In this document: positions 60,388 to 64,000 of the stretch, one piece after another
How positions within the stretch are numbered: the first letter of the stretch is position 1
Layout: each line of letters opens with the position of its first letter
Origin: an uncultured bacterium
GTDB taxonomy: Bacteria; Fidelibacterota; Marinisomatia; Marinisomatales; JACNKV01
Direction: 5' to 3'
NCBI GenBank assembly: GCA_964645915.1
Contig: CAZYDH010000005.1
Location: 26,294 to 90,293 of the forward strand
Length of the DNA stretch: 64,000 bases
Program-made: the position numbers and the translations under genes
The notes under the pieces: generated by a model
Databases searched by the model: none
Told to the model about the DNA's origin: nothing
What the model saw: only the letters and a program-made list of their open reading frames with translations

Positions 60388-61944
60388 CCATAGTTGTCTA
60401 TCCAAACTTCTGTATTGGATAGCTTCACTTACGTGTTGGATCTTAATACTATCCTCTCCTGCAAGATCAGCGATTGTCCTGGATACCTTGAGTATTCTAT
60501 CATAGGCTCTAGCCGATAGCCCTAACTTCTCCATAGCGGTTTTTAACATATCTGAAGTATTCTTATCCAACTTGCAAAATTGTTTAAGCTGACGAGTTTG
60601 CATTTGTGCATTAGAATACACTTGATTTCGTGAATTAAATCGATCTAATTGAATCTCTCTAGCCGATTGTACTTTTTCTTTTATTGAATCCGATGAGTCA
60701 CCTGGTTCCATCGAAGATAATTTGGAAAATGGAACTGCCGGAACTTCGATATGAATATCTATTCTATCCATTAAAGGTCCTGATATTCTACTCATATATC
60801 GCTGGATCATTTGAGGTGCACACGTACATTCGTTATTTTGATCTGTCGAATATCCACAGGGACAGGGATTCATTGCAGCAATTAACATAAACCTGGATGG
60901 ATAGGTCAAAGATATTGAAGCTCTGGAAATGGTAACATTACCATCTTCTAACGGTTGTCGCATAACTTCTAAGACATTTTTCTTAAACTCGGGTAATTCG
61001 TCTAAGAATAATACACCATTATGTGCTAAACTCACTTCACCGGGTTTAGGCATTGTTCCACCACCGATTAGACCCGCATCCGAAATCGTATGATGTGGTG
61101 ATCGGAAAGGACGTGTTCCAATTAATCCTTTACCGGAGGGTAACATTCCTGCAACTGAATGAATTTTGGTTGTTTCTAAGGCTTCATCTAATATCAAATC
61201 GGGTAAGATCGTAGGTAACCGTTTTGCGAGCATTGTTTTACCACTTCCCGGAGGACCAATCATAATAACATTATGACCACCCGATGCGGCTACTTCCAAA
61301 GCTCTTTTTACTTGCTCCTGCCCTTTTACATCTTGAAAATCAACCGCATAATATTTATTTCGATTAAACATATCGTCACGATTTACAGAGACAGCATCAA
61401 TTTTACTTTCTCCATTCAATATTGATACGACTTCTTTTAATGAGGTAACTCCTGCAACTTTTAACCCTTCAACTACGGCTGCTTCCTCTGCATTTTCTAT
61501 TGGCAATATCAAACCTCGTATTCCATGATCTCGTGCAGAAATAGCAATAGGAAGTGCGCCTTTTACAGGTCTTAGACTTCCATCTAAAGCCAATTCACCT
61601 AACAAAAGTAATTTATCAAAATATTCATGAGATATTTTACCCACCGCTCCTAAAATTCCTATTGCAATAGGTAGGTCAAAAGCAGAACCTTCTTTTCGGA
61701 TATCTGCAGGAGCAAGATTTACCGTTATATGTTTAAATGGAAAATCAAATCCGCTATTTTCTATGGCAGCTTTCACTCTCTCTTTACTCTCTCTAACTGC
61801 ACCTTCCGGTAAACCGACGGTATGGTATTTAGGTAATTTTGCTCCAGTTAAATGAGCTTCTACTTCTACAATATAGGCATCAATCCCTTGGATTGAACTA
61901 CTTAATACTCTAGCGAGCATTCCTTTATTTGACATATTATTCAT
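60379..61944 (-). CDS. YifB/ComM-family Mg-chelatase-like AAA+ ATPase
   Basis: Lon-like N-domain ([14 protein letters not shown]...[12 protein letters not shown]), Walker [18 protein letters not shown] and a C-terminal ChlI-like domain. The start could be a later Met (MLARV, 61920). The 3' end overlaps the convergent IMPase gene by 9 nt. Confidence 0.9.
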   Translation of the reverse strand: MNNMSNKGMLARVLSSSIQGIDAYIVEVEAHLTGAKLPKYHTVGLPEGAVRESKERVKAAIENSGFDFPFKHITVNLAPADIRKEGSAFDLPIAIGILGAVGKISHEYFDKLLLLGELALDGSLRPVKGALPIAISARDHGIRGLILPIENAEEAAVVEGLKVAGVTSLKEVVSILNGESKIDAVSVNRDDMFNRNKYYAVDFQDVKGQEQVKRALEVAASGGHNVIMIGPPGSGKTMLAKRLPTILPDLILDEALETTKIHSVAGMLPSGKGLIGTRPFRSPHHTISDAGLIGGGTMPKPGEVSLAHNGVLFLDELPEFKKNVLEVMRQPLEDGNVTISRASISLTYPSRFMLIAAMNPCPCGYSTDQNNECTCAPQMIQRYMSRISGPLMDRIDIHIEVPAVPFSKLSSMEPGDSSDSIKEKVQSAREIQLDRFNSRNQVYSNAQMQTRQLKQFCKLDKNTSDMLKTAMEKLGLSARAYDRILKVSRTIADLAGEDSIKIQHVSEAIQYRSLDRQLWLG

Positions 61945-61979
61945 TTTATAAGTTAAGGGTTAAAAAGAAAAAATAGAGT

Positions 61980-62456
61980 TTATTCTATTTTCGGACGGAT
62001 CTTATCATATTTAAGATTTTCATATTTTTCCCAGATGGTTTCACCTGAAGCTTGTTGGAAACGAAAGGCAAATGATAATGCTTCATAAAAAGGGCGATCA
62101 AGAAACTCATCGTGACGATAATATTCATCGATCCATCCAACAAATTCAACGATATCCGTATGTTCAAGTGCATCAAAGATACCGAATACAAGTTCTGCAC
62201 GATTATTATAATACCATGTTGTCAATTCATTATAACCTAATTCAGTTTTTAATCCGTTATATGTATCATAAACCTGAGTTAAGTATGAGAATAAATAGAC
62301 TTCTTTTTCATCTTGTGAAAGTGTTCGCCAATATGCAACTATTGGGGATATATTTTCAGGCATTGCCTGTGTAAATCCGATTTGTAAACAGAATAATGTT
62401 ATAACCATTATTTTCAATGATTTATTTTGACTGTGATTTCTCATTTTCTTCCTCAA
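61980..62456 (-). CDS. Hypothetical secreted protein
   Basis: Signal-like N-terminus MRKKMRNHSQNKSLKIMVITLFCLQIGFTQA. No recognisable motif. The 5' end overlaps the ispG 3' end by 35 nt, so the start is uncertain. Confidence 0.45.
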   Translation of the reverse strand: MRKKMRNHSQNKSLKIMVITLFCLQIGFTQAMPENISPIVAYWRTLSQDEKEVYLFSYLTQVYDTYNGLKTELGYNELTTWYYNNRAELVFGIFDALEHTDIVEFVGWIDEYYRHDEFLDRPFYEALSFAFRFQQASGETIWEKYENLKYDKIRPKIE

Positions 62457-63504
62457 AACGAATAATTAACTCTTCTAAACGATCAATGGCGTCTTCTTCG
62501 CGTACTTTGCCTAGAGTTTCCCCCCGATAATACAATAATCCTCCGCCTTTTCCAAAAGCTATTCCTAAGTCAGTGTGAGTAGCTTCTCCGGGACCATTGA
62601 CTGCACACCCCATTAAAGCAATAGACATAGGCGTCTTAATATGGCTTAACTTCTTTTCCATTTCTTCAGCAATGCTAAAGAGATCAACTTCAAGTCTTCC
62701 GCACGTCGGACAGGCAACAATAGTTACTCCTCGTGTTGCAAGACCCAGTGATTTTAAAAGTTCATATCCAACGTGTACTTCTTCAACCGGATCTCCGGTC
62801 AGACTTACACGAATCGTATCACCAATTCCGTTAGATAATAAAGTACCAATCCCAACGGATGATTTTATTGTGCCGGATTTAACCGGTCCGGCCTCTGTGA
62901 CACCCAAATGCAATGGGATGTCAAATTCTTCAGAAAATAATTGATTCGCTTTTATCATTAAATTGACATCTGATGCTTTTAGTGAAACGATCAAATCATT
63001 AAAATCATATTCTTTACATATATTGATGTGTCTTCTCGCACTTTCAACCATCGCTTCAGCAGTAGGATATCCAAATTTTTCAAGAAGATCTTTTTCCAAA
63101 CTTCCTGCATTTACACCTATTCTGATTGGGACTCTTGCTGATTTTACTTTTTTTAATACTTCTTGAACTCTTTCTTTAGAACCTATATTACCGGGATTTA
63201 TTCGGATTTTATCGACTCCAGCATCCACTGCATGAAGGGCCATTTTATAATTGAAGTGAATATCAGCAACGAGAGGAACTGACATGCTTTTTTTTATTTC
63301 ATAAAGTGCTTTTGCAGATTCTTCATCAGGAACAGTCACTCGGATAATTTGACATCCAGCTTCTTCTAACTGTTCTATTTGAGTTAAAGTTGCCAAAACA
63401 TCGTGTGTTTTCCTGGTTGTCATAGATTGGACAGAAATCGGAGATTCTCCTCCAATTGGAATATTTCCAACCATGACTTTATTTGTTTTTGTTCTCTTGA
63501 TCAT
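62422..63504 (-). CDS. ispG: 4-hydroxy-3-methylbut-2-en-1-yl diphosphate synthase (flavodoxin)
   Basis: PISVQSMT, IRINPGNIG, ACPTCGR and GCAVNGPGE motifs. 360 aa. Confidence 0.95.
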   Translation of the reverse strand: MIKRTKTNKVMVGNIPIGGESPISVQSMTTRKTHDVLATLTQIEQLEEAGCQIIRVTVPDEESAKALYEIKKSMSVPLVADIHFNYKMALHAVDAGVDKIRINPGNIGSKERVQEVLKKVKSARVPIRIGVNAGSLEKDLLEKFGYPTAEAMVESARRHINICKEYDFNDLIVSLKASDVNLMIKANQLFSEEFDIPLHLGVTEAGPVKSGTIKSSVGIGTLLSNGIGDTIRVSLTGDPVEEVHVGYELLKSLGLATRGVTIVACPTCGRLEVDLFSIAEEMEKKLSHIKTPMSIALMGCAVNGPGEATHTDLGIAFGKGGGLLYYRGETLGKVREEDAIDRLEELIIRFEEENEKSQSK

Positions 63505-63543
63505 ACTCTGATAATAATTAGAATGAAATTTACGAATGATATT

Positions 63544-64000
63544 TTAATTATCGAAAGGTGTCCCAATAAAATCTTTTGCATAATGTACAGCTGCGGTAAA
63601 ATTATCCAATTCAATACATTTATTATAAGCATGAATTGCTTGTTTTCGCTCTTTTTGTGAATCATGAATCTTCCCTTTTAACAACCATGCGTTCGCTAAA
63701 ATGATATCTAACTCAGCATCATAATTTTCAATAGCACGTGACAAATAGATTTGCGCATTCTTAAAATCCCCATCATGGTAACAGATCAATGCTGATTCAT
63801 AGCTAATATAACCCGAATACCATGATTTCTGAATGTCTGTAAGTTCTTTAAGATATTCTTTAAGATATTCCTCTAACTCTTTTGCTGCTTTAAGTTGTCC
63901 TGTATTAATTAACGATTCTATATACATAATATTAAAGTAATAATTCTTGGGAAAATGATTAACTAACTTCTCACTATAATGTAAAGACTTTTCCGGGCGA
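63544..64000 (-). CDS. TPR-repeat protein, 5'-truncated by the window edge
   Basis: The reading frame stays open upstream of the ORF-track Met (63927) all the way to base 64000 (...RPEKSLHYSEKLVNHFPKNYYFNIMYIES...). TPR-like repeats are present (AIHAYNKCIELDN...). Confidence 0.55.
   Translation of the reverse strand, partial: RPEKSLHYSEKLVNHFPKNYYFNIMYIESLINTGQLKAAKELEEYLKEYLKELTDIQKSWYSGYISYESALICYHDGDFKNAQIYLSRAIENYDAELDIILANAWLLKGKIHDSQKERKQAIHAYNKCIELDNFTAAVHYAKDFIGTPFDN

Noticed and set aside
1-64000. CRISPR arrays, tandem or inverted long repeats, IS elements, integrases, and toxin-antitoxin or restriction-modification genes
   Set aside because: None were recognised by eye. Intergenic space is almost nil, and every long ORF is either housekeeping or an envelope protein. 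A computational repeat search would be needed to exclude short dispersed repeats.

Overview
This is a visibly AT-rich, very gene-dense bacterial chromosomal segment. I can support about 58 protein-coding genes, one tRNA-Pro(CGG), two terminator-like hairpins (one strong, one weak) and one sigma70-like promoter. I saw no rRNA, CRISPR array, transposase, integrase, phage genes or long DNA repeats.

The lineage looks like an uncultivated member of the FCB-type diderm bacteria. The evidence is a T9SS C-terminal sorting domain, a PorV/PorQ-like barrel, a PGWGQIYN (DUF5683-like) protein, BamD, and weak use of Shine-Dalgarno sites. This assignment is inference only.

Layout:
- 185-13411 (+): a seven-gene molybdenum-hydroxylase locus of the E. 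coli ygfK / ssnA-position amidohydrolase / ygfM / xdhD type. It is followed by gpt, an alpha/beta hydrolase and a tandem GAPDH pair, then a K+ channel.
- 14620-57916 (-): an uninterrupted run of 38 protein genes plus the tRNA. It contains leuS, dprA, obg, monomeric icd, coaD, rsmD, a comEA module, ftsEX-hrcA-grpE-dnaJ, nadD, bamD, an outer-membrane/T9SS-like island, a TatT-type TRAP transporter, glyA, an unknown envelope operon, cpoB and mreBCD-mrdA-rodA.
- 58018-64000: an AGCS symporter, an IMPase, a YifB/ComM ATPase, ispG and a TPR gene that runs off the window edge.

Most of the window is ordinary housekeeping, and nothing resembles a known defence or mobile system. The candidates for undescribed biology are:
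1. The expanded YgfK/XdhD locus, which has an extra intact FeS+FAD pair and a Cys-less ferredoxin domain.
2. A GAPDH paralog lacking the catalytic Cys, translationally coupled to a canonical gap.
3. The envelope island: an HExxH/beta-propeller/barrel protein, an M6-like T9SS cargo that has lost its HExxH, and a PorV-like barrel with an acidic DxDxDG insertion.
4. A five-gene unit (cpoB to TPR lipoprotein) built around a truncated glycogen-synthase-like protein and three unknown envelope proteins.
5. A comEA-linked pair of unknown membrane proteins.

All functional calls rest on motif recognition by eye, not on database searches.
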